Source: Pirellulales bacterium (GTDB taxonomy: Bacteria > Planctomycetota > Planctomycetia > Pirellulales > JADZDJ01). Taken from it: a DNA stretch of 64,000 bases. The translations under genes and the position numbers were made by a program. The DNA lies in assembly GCA_963738835.1 (NCBI GenBank), contig CAVTYH010000009.1:121533-185532 (forward strand), given 5' to 3'. Numbering within the stretch: the stretch's first letter is position 1; each line of letters begins with the position of its first letter. Below, piece after piece: positions 19,225-29,500 of the stretch. The notes under the pieces are model-generated. The model did no database searches. It was given only the letters and a program-made list of their open reading frames with translations, and was not told the origin of the DNA.

Positions 19225-22200
19225 TCACTCGCACTCGGCCCAATTGCGGCCAGTTTTCAGGTCGACTTTCAGCGGTATCGCCAATGGCATGACGCTGGAC
19301 ATTTCGGACTGCACCAGCGATTTCATTTCGTCAAGTTCGTTAGGCGGAGTCTCAAAAATCAGTTCGTCGTGGATTTGCAGTAGCATCTTGCTGCGAAGTT
19401 TTTCACGACGCAGACGGCGGTAAATGTTTAGCATCGCCAGTTTCATAAGATCGGCGGCGCTGCCTTGGATGACCGTGTTAATCGCCGTTCGCTCCGGCAA
19501 AGTGCGCTGGCGAGCGGCCGGATCGCCAAGCTTAGTTGGGGTGATGTCGCGGACGCCTTGAATGGCACGGCGGCGACCAAGAATTGTGGTCACATAGCCC
19601 TGTCGGCGGCATTCGATCAAAATCTCGCGCAAGAACTTTTCCACGCCGGGATAACCATTGAAGTAAGCGTCGATGAAGCGGGCTGCCTCCTCAACTTCGA
19701 TGTCGAGCATCTTCGAGAGTCCAAACGGACTTTGGCCATAGATCACACCAAAGTTCACCGCTTTGGCAACCCGCCGCATGGAAGAATCCACACTCTCCAG
19801 CGGCACGCTAAACACCTGGCTCGCAACGCGGGCGTGAATATCTTCATCACGCTCAAAAGCAGCCCGCAACGTTTCGTCGTCGGAAATGTGCGCCAATACC
19901 CGTAGCTCGATCTGAGAGTAATCGGCAGCCAAGAGCCACCAATCGGGTTCACCAGGCAAGAATGTGGACCGGATTTCGCGCCCTTCTTCGGTACGGATCG
20001 GGATGTTCTGCAAATTGGGGTCGCTGGAACTCAAACGGCCGGTTGCAGCCACGACCTGATTGAACGACGCATGCACGCGGCCGGTTTGTGGATGAACCAT
20101 TTGCGGTAGCGCATCGACATAGGTGCCTTTCAATTTGGAGTATTGGCGATGGGCAATGATTTTCGCGGGCAACGGATGATTTCGGGCAAGCTCTTCTAAC
20201 ACCTCCGCATCGGTGCTGGGGCCAGTTTTGGTTTTCTTGAGCACCGGCAACTTTTGCTCGACAAAGAGGACTTCTTGCAGTTGTTTTGGCGAAGCGATGT
20301 TGAACTCGCGGTCTGCAAGCTGGAAGATCTCCACTTCCAACGCCGCCAGCCGCTCGCCAAATTGCTGGCTTAATTCGCTGAGACGATTCACATCGACCCG
20401 GATGCCATTAAATTCCAGCTCGACCAGCACATCGATCAGCGGCACTTCCAAATCGTTGAACAGCGGTTCGAGTTGGCACTCATGCAATCGCTGCGCCAAC
20501 AGGGGAACCAACCGCAAGGCGACGTCGGCATCTTCGGCGGCGTAATGTGTGATTTGTGCAACCGGCACCTGGTCCATGCGTTTCTGATTTTTGCCACTGC
20601 CGATCAGTGCGCCGATTTTCGTTGTCGTATGGTTGAGATAGCGGCTGGCAAGCTCGTCGAGATTATGATTTCGCTCACCAGCATCGAGCAAATAGCTGCC
20701 GATGATGGTGTCGAACTGCACCCCGGCCAATTCTATGCCCGCGGAACGAAGCACGATCATGTCGTATTTCAAGTTTTGCCCGACTTTTCCGATCGCCGGG
20801 TTTTCCAGCACGGGCCGCAATGCTTCCAGCGTTGATTTCGGATCAAGTTGCGGTTCTCCTTCCGGAGCTCGAACCGGAACGTAGTAAGCCTCGCCTTCTT
20901 TCCAGGCGAACGAGTAGCCGACAATTTCCGCCCAGCGTGGATACAGGCTTGTCGTTTCGGTATCGATCGAGATTTGTTTCTGGCGGCTCATCTCATCGAT
21001 AAGCCAATGCAACCGCTCCGGCGTGGCGATTGCTTCGTACCGGTGCGCGAAAGCGGGCAAATCGGCTTTTGTCCGATCGCGCATCAGGTTGGTGAGGGTG
21101 TGAAATCCGAGTTCGGCGAATAAATCGGCGGCTCCGGCGGGATCGAACCCCCCTGCCCTACCCTGCTCCCAATTGATTGGCACGGGCACTTCGGAATCGA
21201 GCCGCGCAAGTTGGCGGCTGACGAAAATCTGCTCACGAGTCGCCAGTAAATTCTCTTTTCGCTTGCCCTTGGGCAGCTCATCTACTTTTGCCAGCAGATT
21301 CTCTAGCGTGCCGAACTTTGCCAACCACTCGCCAGCCACTTTCGGACCTACCAGCGGTACGCCGGGAATGTTGTCGACGGAATCACCAACCAGCGTCTGA
21401 AAATCGACAACCTGATTGGGGCGAATTCCCCATTCGGCTTGCAGTGCCGCGGCATCGAAAAATGCATTCTTGCGGATGTTGTAGACTTTCACTTGGTCAG
21501 AAATCAGTTGTCGGCAATCTTTATCGCCGGTCACAACCACACATTCGCCACCTGCTTGCTCGGTTAATCGAGCGATGGTCGCCAAAATATCGTCGGCTTC
21601 GTAGGCCTCGCATTCCAAAATCGGGATCCCCAGTGTGGCCAACATCCGACGAATCGTGCCAATTTGCGGCCGCAACTCGTCAGGCATTTCGGTGCGGTGC
21701 TCTTTGTATGCCGCAAACAGCTCATGTCGAAACGTCGGACCCGACATGTCGAACGCGGCAAACAAATAATCGGGCTTTTTCTGATCGAGAATGGTCATCA
21801 TGTCGCGAGTGAACCCGAACACGGCACCGGTCGGCTCGCCGCGCGGACTGGTCATTTCTGGCAGCGCATGGAACACCTGAAAGATAAGCGAATGCGAATC
21901 GATAACCCAAACCGTCTTGCCCTTGAGATCCGGCACGGGCGTGGCTTCGACCGGTTCGATTGGCGTCTCGGCCGTGTCGGTGCCCATTTCCGCGGTTGGC
22001 GAGGCCGCTGGAAAATCGCACTCCGTGGACGACCGCGGATTGGCAACCTCATCCTGCAGATCGTTCATGGCTGGCGCATCGTTTTCCCAACCGGGCAATT
22101 GTGTCTGCTTGGGATCCAATTTTTTTTTGGTGCGCGCCATTTCCGCTTTCGCTGTTGAGATGTCGGGACGTGGAATATTTGGTACGTAAATCGTTGCTGG

Positions 22201-22254
22201 CTCTGAGATACAACGATTTAGTTCACTGATGGATCGTAGGGCCGAGGCTTCCAA
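19225..22254 (-). CDS. polA: DNA polymerase I
   Basis: 5'-3' exonuclease (LFAAFD, EADD), 3'-5' exonuclease (SIDTETTS) and polymerase motifs (DYSQIELR, KAVNFGVIYG, QIHDEL). The start may be the internal MARTKKK at 22140. Confidence 0.9.
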   Translation of the reverse strand: MEASALRSISELNRCISEPATIYVPNIPRPDISTAKAEMARTKKKLDPKQTQLPGWENDAPAMNDLQDEVANPRSSTECDFPAASPTAEMGTDTAETPIEPVEATPVPDLKGKTVWVIDSHSLIFQVFHALPEMTSPRGEPTGAVFGFTRDMMTILDQKKPDYLFAAFDMSGPTFRHELFAAYKEHRTEMPDELRPQIGTIRRMLATLGIPILECEAYEADDILATIARLTEQAGGECVVVTGDKDCRQLISDQVKVYNIRKNAFFDAAALQAEWGIRPNQVVDFQTLVGDSVDNIPGVPLVGPKVAGEWLAKFGTLENLLAKVDELPKGKRKENLLATREQIFVSRQLARLDSEVPVPINWEQGRAGGFDPAGAADLFAELGFHTLTNLMRDRTKADLPAFAHRYEAIATPERLHWLIDEMSRQKQISIDTETTSLYPRWAEIVGYSFAWKEGEAYYVPVRAPEGEPQLDPKSTLEALRPVLENPAIGKVGQNLKYDMIVLRSAGIELAGVQFDTIIGSYLLDAGERNHNLDELASRYLNHTTTKIGALIGSGKNQKRMDQVPVAQITHYAAEDADVALRLVPLLAQRLHECQLEPLFNDLEVPLIDVLVELEFNGIRVDVNRLSELSQQFGERLAALEVEIFQLADREFNIASPKQLQEVLFVEQKLPVLKKTKTGPSTDAEVLEELARNHPLPAKIIAHRQYSKLKGTYVDALPQMVHPQTGRVHASFNQVVAATGRLSSSDPNLQNIPIRTEEGREIRSTFLPGEPDWWLLAADYSQIELRVLAHISDDETLRAAFERDEDIHARVASQVFSVPLESVDSSMRRVAKAVNFGVIYGQSPFGLSKMLDIEVEEAARFIDAYFNGYPGVEKFLREILIECRRQGYVTTILGRRRAIQGVRDITPTKLGDPAARQRTLPERTAINTVIQGSAADLMKLAMLNIYRRLRREKLRSKMLLQIHDELIFETPPNELDEMKSLVQSEMSSVMPLAIPLKVDLKTGRNWAECE

Positions 22255-22270
22255 AGCGTCAAGCGCCGCC

Positions 22271-22500
22271 GAATTGTGTCCGCCGCTGTTGTGAATTTGC
22301 GCTCCTTGCGCGATTGATTTTTAAAAAAATGCCGCAATTTCTTGACTCGATGGTGTGCGGACGAATTTTGTCGCAACTTCTGGGGGCCCCTATTTTTTCG
22401 GCGAAATTCCCCGATTGTGTCGCCGCCCGCGCAGAATCGTTCGGCATTCTACGAGCGAGTAAGCGTTTGAAGTGGACAATATGCGTTGAATTTTGTCGCA
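22271..22500. promoter_or_regulatory. Four copies of a GAATT(G/T)TGTCGC-like box in the polA upstream intergenic region
   Basis: gaattgtgtccgcc (22271), gaattttgtcgca (22363), cgattgtgtcgcc (22412), gaattttgtcgca (22488). Confidence 0.35.
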
Positions 22501-22631
22501 TAGGAGTGGTCGAAGCTCATGAGTTAAGAGTCCGCCGAAATCCGAGCCGCGACTGTGAGGGAGGGACGAATATCATTTGTCCCTTGTCCTTTGCCAAGCA
22601 AATCGCCCTGGTGATCAGCTAAAATGCGGGC

Positions 22632-22910
22632 ATGAAGATCGAACGGAAAGACCTACTGTGGGGCGTAGGGCTCCTGCTGACCGCAGTGAGCATTGTCTTT
22701 TTATGGGTCGCCATTCTGACACCGCTGGCCCGTTGGGCTCCGATTTGGGTTTTCGAGACGTGCGGTAGAGTGCTTCAAGCGTGCTCTTTCGTAGCAATCG
22801 GGGCTGGAATTGGAGCGCCATTTAAGAAAAAGATGACCGGAGCGTTCGTCTGTGTTACCGTCTTCTTGCTCTTGCTGATGCTTACGCATTTGCCATCGCG
22901 AATCCGATGA
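22632..22910 (+). CDS. Small hypothetical polytopic membrane protein
   Basis: 92 aa with 3 predicted TM segments (LLWGVGLLLTAVSIVFLWVAIL, SFVAIGAGIG, AFVCVTVFLLLLML). Confidence 0.45.
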   Translation: MKIERKDLLWGVGLLLTAVSIVFLWVAILTPLARWAPIWVFETCGRVLQACSFVAIGAGIGAPFKKKMTGAFVCVTVFLLLLMLTHLPSRIR

Positions 22911-22979
22911 TGCGACCGCGCCGAATTTATGCACAGCCGGCGCGATTAAATACACAGAACGGATTTTGTACCCAAAATC

Positions 22980-23008
22980 TTGAATTATAGTGTACGTATG
23001 AATAAATT
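22980..23008 (+). promoter_or_regulatory. Sigma70-like promoter candidate in an AT-rich patch
   Basis: TTGAAT (22980-85), 17-nt spacer, TAAATT (23003-08). Lies in a locally AT-rich stretch upstream of the structured element and the LRR gene. Confidence 0.3.
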
Positions 23009-23051
23009 AGCAAGCCATTTTTTTTGGGCCATGCGGAAAACAATCTTGTGC

Positions 23052-23171
23052 CGGTCTTCCAGACCTTTGCAATCGAAAGGGGGTTGCCAACCCTGGCCTC
23101 CCGGCCGTGGCTATTACGGCCCTCAGGGCCATACCGCGTTGAGGGTTTGAGATCGAAGGTCTGGAGGACCG
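23052..23171 (+). ncRNA. Candidate structured RNA or leader: 16-bp closing stem enclosing 88 nt with three internal hairpins
   Basis: ccggtcttccagacctt (23052-67) pairs with aaggtctggaggaccg (23156-71) with one T:G wobble that is valid only on the plus strand. Internal hairpins are GGGTT-gcc-AACCC, GGCCGT-ggctatt-ACGGCC and CCTCA-...-TGAGG. Confidence 0.4.
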
Positions 23172-23249
23172 ACACTTGCTTCTGCGAGACGTTAGATCGA
23201 TGATCAATACCAAGTCGCCGGCGGCCGGCATTGTTTCCGCCGCGCCGAA

Positions 23250-25102
23250 TTGGCATTGAAGCACATGCGCGAGACGGACATGAAATACTCGACCAAATCC
23301 CGAGCACACGTCCATCCAACTTTGGCCCGCATCGTTTCGGCAATTATTGCGGCGGCTTGCCTGGAACTTGTTCTCAATCACAATTGCGCTGTAGCCCAAT
23401 CGCCGGCCGATACGCCGCAGAACTCCGCTCCTGACGGTCGCCGCGTGCTGCGGTTTCCGACCGATCGGGCGATGGGCGTAATCTATTGGCGAAAGGGGCC
23501 AGTTGAGGAGCATGATCCCAAATGGATGTACGGCGAGGAGTGGCGGCGAGTCGCTGAAGCACGCGGCAATGTGCGGCTGCCGACGAATGGCGAGGCACGG
23601 CTGGATGTCAATAAAGCGACCTCTAAGGATTTGAGCGGGCTAGCACAACTTGATCCTGAATTGCTGCAGGCGGTCGGTTTTGACGAATCGGAAGTGAACG
23701 ACGAAGGGCTCGCGCAGCTCAGTCGGCTTACCGGCCTCAAAATGCTGGACTTGCGCTCTACACCTATCACCGATATCGGCATCGCTAAGCTAGCCAACCT
23801 GAAAAAGCTGCAGCGGCTGGCGCTTAGTGCGTTTCGGACTCGCGAAAAAGGATTCGGTCCCAGCGATGAATCGATGAAAGCGCTTGCCACGCTGCCGCAA
23901 CTAGAAGTGCTGGGGTTACGGCACACGAAGGTCAGCGACAAAGGACTGGCCGAACTGGCAAAGCTGAAGTCCCTCCGCGATCTGGCATTCACCGATGGTG
24001 GGATTACCGACAATGGATTGATGGTACTCAAACAACTGCCCAATCTGGAATGTTTGCGGCTCGGTGTGTTGATGGAAGGCGCGAACATCACAGACGAGGG
24101 GCTCAAAACAATCGGCGCGCTGACGAACTTGCGGGAACTTGATCTGGGGGCCACGAAAATCACGACGGTGGACTCGTGCATTTGCAATCTCTTAAACGAT
24201 TGCAAGAATTGTCGCTTGATAACACCAAAGTGACGGAAGCCGGGCTTGAACAATTGGGGCCGCTAGAGTCGCTGGAAGAGTTGCGGCTTTACCTGGGCAC
24301 GCCGGTGACCGACATTGGTGCCGCGTACTTAGCAAAAATCAAATCCCTGCGTCGAATTACTGATAGTTTGCAAGTGACCGACAAAGGCATCGCTCTGATT
24401 GCATCGCTACCGAATTTGGAATGGGTCGAGTTCTACGGACCAAAAGTGACTGATGAAGGCGTGAAGCATATTGGCGGTGTGAAATCGCTCAAGTGGCTCT
24501 GGCTTCAGGAATGTCCGGTCACCGACGACGGTCTGGCAGCTTTGGCGGACATGCCTAACCTGGAATTACTGCGGGTTCTGCGGACGCATGCCAGCGGTGA
24601 AGGATTCAAGTATTTGCGTGGTTCGCCGAAACTCGCACTGCTTGGTGTTGACTTTGGGAACCGCAACGAGCAGCCGCCTGATTTTCATCCGACGCTCGAT
24701 GATATTGCAAAGCTCGACCAGGTGACCTGGCTGGAGATCAATGGACATGGTCTATCGAATTCCGATCTGCAAGCGGTCTCACAAATGCGGCAACTTAACA
24801 AGCTGCTGATTGAAGATGAGTTTTCGGTCAATGACGAGGGGGCAAAAGCCATCGCAGCACTATCGAATCTTGACGAGCTTTCGATCAGGAAAGGCTCGAT
24901 TACGGATGAAGGCTTGAAAGAGATCGCGAAACTAAGTCACCTCCAGGTTTTGCAGCTCGAGGGCAAATTCACGGACGACGGAATCAAGTCGCTGGTGGAT
25001 TTAAGATTGCTGAAAATCCTTTATCTCGGATCGCCCAATGTAACACCGGCGGGAATCAGTGCCCTTGAGAAACAACTTCCGGCCCTGCAACTTGGGCAGT
25101 AA
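23250..25102 (+). CDS. Secreted leucine-rich-repeat protein (apparent frameshift ~24164)
   Basis: ORFs 23250-24233 and 24176-25102 join as ...LGATKIT(D)GGLVHLQSLKRLQELSLDNTKVTEAGLEQL. Contains about 20 LRR units (L..L..L.L..T.ITD.GL..L). The likely start is MKYSTK at 23280, with a signal peptide. Confidence 0.75.
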
Positions 25103-25284
25103 TCCGACCGTTTGGCGATTCGCAGCGATCTTTTAGACCCCTGGGTTCGTACAGTCTCATGCCATCCCTGTAAGAATCCTAAAATCCGGCTGTGACAACT
25201 TTTAGGTTGCTTGCCAAAACCGCTGCGGACAACTAGGTTAGAAGTAAGGCCTAGAGCGGAGAGGAACAGGCATTCTTAGGGGAT

Positions 25285-27375
25285 TTGCCGCTCGGCTTAA
25301 TTCTGCACCATTGCTCTACCCGCTGGAGATCCCACGTGTCGTTCTGGAACCCATTGCAGACATTGTTTGGCCGTTCAAGCTCTTCGCGGAATCCGCAATC
25401 GATTTCAAAAAATCGCAGCCGTCGTCGGACCAGATTTCACGCTCGAGTCGAGCAGTTGGAAAGCCGAGCCTACTGACGTCTGTCACCGGCGATTTCAATG
25501 GCGACCATATCGCGGATTTAGCGATTGGCATTCCAACACAAATGGTCAACGGTGGGGCCAATGCAGGGGCTGTGCAAATTCTGTATGGCGCACCGCCCAA
25601 CGGCGAGCCATTAGGATTGACCGTGATTAACAACCAGTTGTGGACGCGGTCTAGCATCAACAGTACGCCCACTGCGAACGATCAATTCGGCGCTGCACTG
25701 GCCGTTGGCGATTTCAATCGGGATGGGTTTGCCGACCTGGTCATCGGCGCACCGGGTCAAAATGGCAACGGTATGGTCTATGTATTTTTCGGAGGTCGTC
25801 AAGGAATCAAGAACGCAGGTGTCCAGCTAATTACGCAGGCGTCGTTGAATCGGGCGTCGCAGTCGGGCAGTAATTTTGGATCGGCTTTGGCGGTCGGCGA
25901 TTTTAATAACGACCATTTCGCCGACCTGGCCATCGGCACGCCGAACCGAACGGTAAACGGTTTGGCCAACGCCGGGGCGGTCAATGTTGTGTACGGCAGA
26001 CCGCTTGGGCTGCGTGCCATCAACAATCAGCAATGGGATCAGACTCAACTTAACGCTGCTGCGCCGGCGGCGGCCGGCAATCTGTTCGGCAGCGCACTGG
26101 CCGTGGGGGATTTCAATGCGGATGGATTCCGCGACCTGGCCGTGGGCTCGCCGGGACAAAATAACACTGCGGGAGCAGTCAACGTAATTTATGGCCGCCC
26201 CGGAGGTTTGAAAGCGTTGAATAACCAGGTGTGGATGGTGGGCTCGAACGGCATTCAAGGCACGTCAAATGTGGCTGCGCAGTTTGGATTTAGTCTGGCG
26301 GCCGGCGATTTCAACGACGACAGCCGCACCGATTTGGCGATCGGCGCTCCTGGAGAGAATATTCCCGCGGTTGGCAGTCAAGCGGCCGTTAGTCTGGCGG
26401 GGGCAGTGCATGTATTGTTTGGAAGTTCTGCTCGCCTGACGTCCGCGAATAATCAACTGTGGCATGAAAACGTCGCGGGAATTACGAATTCCACAGCAGC
26501 GGCTGGTGATCGGTTTGGCGCGGCACTTGCCGCGGGCAGAATGAACGGAGACCGCCCAGACGATCTGGCAATAGGTGTGCCGGGACAAAGTGTCACTCCT
26601 TCAGCCGGCGGAAGTGCGGTATCCGCGGCGGGCGCGATTCGTGTTTTGTATAGCGGCGGCACGAGCGGCTTGGGAACCACCAACACGACCCTGTTTTCTC
26701 AGGACGTGAACGGAATCATCGGCGACGGAGTAGTGCAGGACGAACGCTTCGGATCATCAGTGGCCATCGGCGATTTCAATGGTGACCGGATACCGGACCT
26801 GGCCATCGAAGTGCCGGGCGAAGACGACAACAAAGCGCAACAGGGGGGCGACGCCGTGGCTGGCAGCGCGAACATTATTTACGGCAGTAATTCCGGACTG
26901 ACCGTGGGCGGCACAACCGGTTCCGAGGCGAGCCAGTTCTGGCTGCCGCGGCTGGGCATCGTCGTCGAGGATCCAGCGCTGGCGGCGAAGAATTTGCGCG
27001 ATGGCAATACATTTTTAGCCGCCAATAAGAACAAGGCCGGCATCACGACGTTACCCGACGGTTTGCAATACAAAGTGCTAAGCAGCGGCAACGGGGCAAT
27101 GCCAACCGCCAGCGATTCTGTGACCGTGAATTACACCGGCACCTTGATTAATGGCACCAAGTTTGATGCGTCGGTCGATCATGGCGGACCGCAGACGTTC
27201 CAAGTCAGCGGTGTCGTCGCCGGCTTCGCCGAGGCGCTGAAAACACATGAAGGTCGGCGACCACTGGCAGATTTTCATCCCAGCTAATTTGGGCTATGGA
27301 AATTCGAACTTCCCGCGAAACATCGGCCCGAACCAAGTGCTGATTTTCGACTTGGAACTGTTGAGCATCAATTGA
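25285..27375 (+). CDS. FG-GAP (integrin-alpha-like) repeat protein with C-terminal FKBP-type PPIase domain (frame breaks ~25470 and 27240-27243)
   Basis: N-terminus ...RRRTRFHARVEQLESRAY in ORF 25285-25476. Repeated FG.ALA.GDFN.DG..DLA.G.PG units. FKBP part NYTGTLINGTKFDAS...FQVSGVVAGFAEALK continues after an A-run as MKVGDHWQIFIPANLGYG...VLIFDLELLSIN. Confidence 0.75.
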
Positions 27376-27383
27376 ACATCGCC

Positions 27384-28427
27384 TCAATCGGCCGGCGGCG
27401 GCTCGTATTCGAAATCTTTCCACTTCATGGCACGGCGGAAAGGTTCGATGCGCAGAAAGACTTCGCCATTGGCGAAAATGCGCACCGTGCCGTTCGATTC
27501 GCTGACGACCACGGCCACGGCTTTGGTCTTGCGCGTAATTGCCGCGGCGGCCCAATGTCTGGCGCCTAAGCCTTTGGAAAGAGTAATATTTTCAGCCGAC
27601 GCATCGATATAGCGCGACGCGGCCTCTACCGTGCCATCAGGGTTGACGATGAACGCGCCATCCATCTGTGCGATCTCTTTGATTCCCTCACGCACTTTTG
27701 GATCGAATAAATTACGCTCTTTGCGGCTGTACCCGCGCACCGGATCGAACACCAGGGCGTGACTGGCGGTCAGCACTTTGCGCGTGTCGCCGACGACAAA
27801 CAATGTGCCGACCGGTTTGCCTTCCCGTCCTTCACGTCCAACTTCAACGGCCAAATCGACCACCATTTTGAGCGTGTCCAGAGGAACTTTCGTTTCCAGT
27901 TGACGCAGGTCGCGTGAGGTGAGCCGACCCAGATGCTCATCCAGATGAATCACACTGATCGAGTCGATTGTGTTAGCTTCGAAGCCGCTATAAATCGCCA
28001 CCACTCTGGCGCCCGGCGCGAGGATGTCATCGGCCACGCTTTCCAACAGGGCCTGCGTCAATTTTTCATGCACTGGACTGTCGGGCATGTTGAGAGCGAC
28101 AACGGGAAAGCCCGCCTCGGCAGCGCCTTCCAGCTCGGCCGGAAAATCGGCTGCCAACAACACCTTCTGAGGGCCGACAGCCTCCCGAAGCAAACCCCAA
28201 TCGGCCTGACCTTCCAGCAGAATCATGAGCGCATCGGCGGCCGCCTCGCCCGCCAATTGAACGGCCAGATCGATGATATTTTGAAACTGTTTAGTGAGTC
28301 GCTGGGTTTTCATCCGGCTGATGAGGCTTCCGGAAGTTGCTGCGGCATTCGAGGTCTTGGCATCAAAGATCATCTTTGTGTCGCATGGTACGGACTTTGG
28401 CGAATCGCGGCAAGCACAAAGCAACAT
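27384..28427 (-). CDS. Diadenylate cyclase (DAC/DisA_N domain) protein with an uncharacterised N-terminal domain
   Basis: C-terminal DAC motifs GTLFVVGD, MDGAFIV, LGARHWAAAAIT and VVVSESNGTVRIF. The N-terminal ~170 aa are unassigned. Start is uncertain (MIFDAK or MKTQRL). Confidence 0.7.
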   Translation of the reverse strand: MLLCACRDSPKSVPCDTKMIFDAKTSNAAATSGSLISRMKTQRLTKQFQNIIDLAVQLAGEAAADALMILLEGQADWGLLREAVGPQKVLLAADFPAELEGAAEAGFPVVALNMPDSPVHEKLTQALLESVADDILAPGARVVAIYSGFEANTIDSISVIHLDEHLGRLTSRDLRQLETKVPLDTLKMVVDLAVEVGREGREGKPVGTLFVVGDTRKVLTASHALVFDPVRGYSRKERNLFDPKVREGIKEIAQMDGAFIVNPDGTVEAASRYIDASAENITLSKGLGARHWAAAAITRKTKAVAVVVSESNGTVRIFANGEVFLRIEPFRRAMKWKDFEYEPPPAD

Positions 28428-28553
28428 CTTGCGCTGGCCAGTGGCGTGGCCCAGAGCTAGACTGAACTTGAATGGCGCGAGGCTTGGCTGGATTCACTCA
28501 CGGGGGTCAATCGGTGGAGCAAGGCCTTGGGGCCAACATAGCGGTGTTAGTCA

Positions 28554-29468
28554 ATGCCAACGAGCGATTCATCTCAAACGACGCGCACCGTGCTGACGAT
28601 GTCGGCGGTCGCGGCAATCGATTCGCCGAGGCCAACTACGGCAGCGAGTACTTCTGCGCGATCATCTAGTTACTGGTCGGGAAAAGTAGCCCTGGTCACC
28701 GGCGGTTCCAGCGGCTTAGGCCGCGCGCTAGCCGAAGCGTTCGTCCGTGCCGACGCAAACGTCGTGATTTCCGCCCGATCGTCGGCTGCCTTGGAATCGG
28801 TGGCGGCAGAACTGAGGCAATACGGCACCCAGGTACTGGCGATTCCGGCCGACGTGACTCAGCAACAGCATGTCGAATCGCTGATCGAACAGACAGTGCA
28901 GCGATTAGGCCGGATCGATGTTTTGGTGAACAATGTCGGTCGTTCCGCACGTGGCACCGCACTCGACACTACCCCAGAGGACTTTTCGACGCTGATGGAT
29001 TTAAACTTCCTTAGTGCCGTTCGTTGCACTCGGGCCGCCGCGCCACATTTGATCCGCAGCCGGGGCCATTTGGTGAATATCGGCTCGCTCTCGGGCAAAT
29101 CGGCCAGCCGCTATCTGGGGGCATATTCCGCCACGAAATTCGCACTGGCCGCCTATTCGCAGCAATTGCGATTGGAATTGGAACCACAGGGTCTGCACGT
29201 ACTTTTGGTTTCGCCAGGCCCAATTGAACGTGAAGATTCCGGCCGACGCTACGCCGATCAATTGGAAGGACTTCCCCCCAGCGCTGCCAAACCGGGCGGC
29301 GGAGCGCGGATACCCCGTATTCGGCCCGAGAAACTCTCGGAAGCCATCCTTCGCGCCTGCCGCCGCCGGCAACCGGAGTTGGTCTATCCGCCACTGGCCC
29401 GACTGTTCATCGGCGTCATCCAATTGTTTCCGCGCCTGGGCGATTGGCTGGTGCGGAAGATGACGTGA
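28554..29468 (+). CDS. Short-chain dehydrogenase/reductase (SDR)
   Basis: GKVALVTGGSSGLGRA cofactor motif, NNVG, and catalytic YSATKFAL. The start is possibly internal (MSAVAAI). Confidence 0.8.
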   Translation: MPTSDSSQTTRTVLTMSAVAAIDSPRPTTAASTSARSSSYWSGKVALVTGGSSGLGRALAEAFVRADANVVISARSSAALESVAAELRQYGTQVLAIPADVTQQQHVESLIEQTVQRLGRIDVLVNNVGRSARGTALDTTPEDFSTLMDLNFLSAVRCTRAAAPHLIRSRGHLVNIGSLSGKSASRYLGAYSATKFALAAYSQQLRLELEPQGLHVLLVSPGPIEREDSGRRYADQLEGLPPSAAKPGGGARIPRIRPEKLSEAILRACRRRQPELVYPPLARLFIGVIQLFPRLGDWLVRKMT

Positions 29469-29500
29469 TCTTGGCATAACCTCTTATCAGACCGCTGGCT

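Noticed and set aside
23052-23171. tRNA or tRNA-like gene, suggested by the cloverleaf-like fold.
   Set aside because: It lacks the GTTC T-loop, a D-loop GG and a 7-nt anticodon loop with U33. The closing stem is 16 bp. It is kept only as a candidate structured element.
25311-27287. Periodic repeats that might be taken for a CRISPR array or a DNA tandem repeat.
   Set aside because: The periodicity is at the protein level (FG-GAP blades, ~55-60 aa) with degenerate DNA. There are no identical direct repeats with unique spacers, and no cas genes anywhere in the window.
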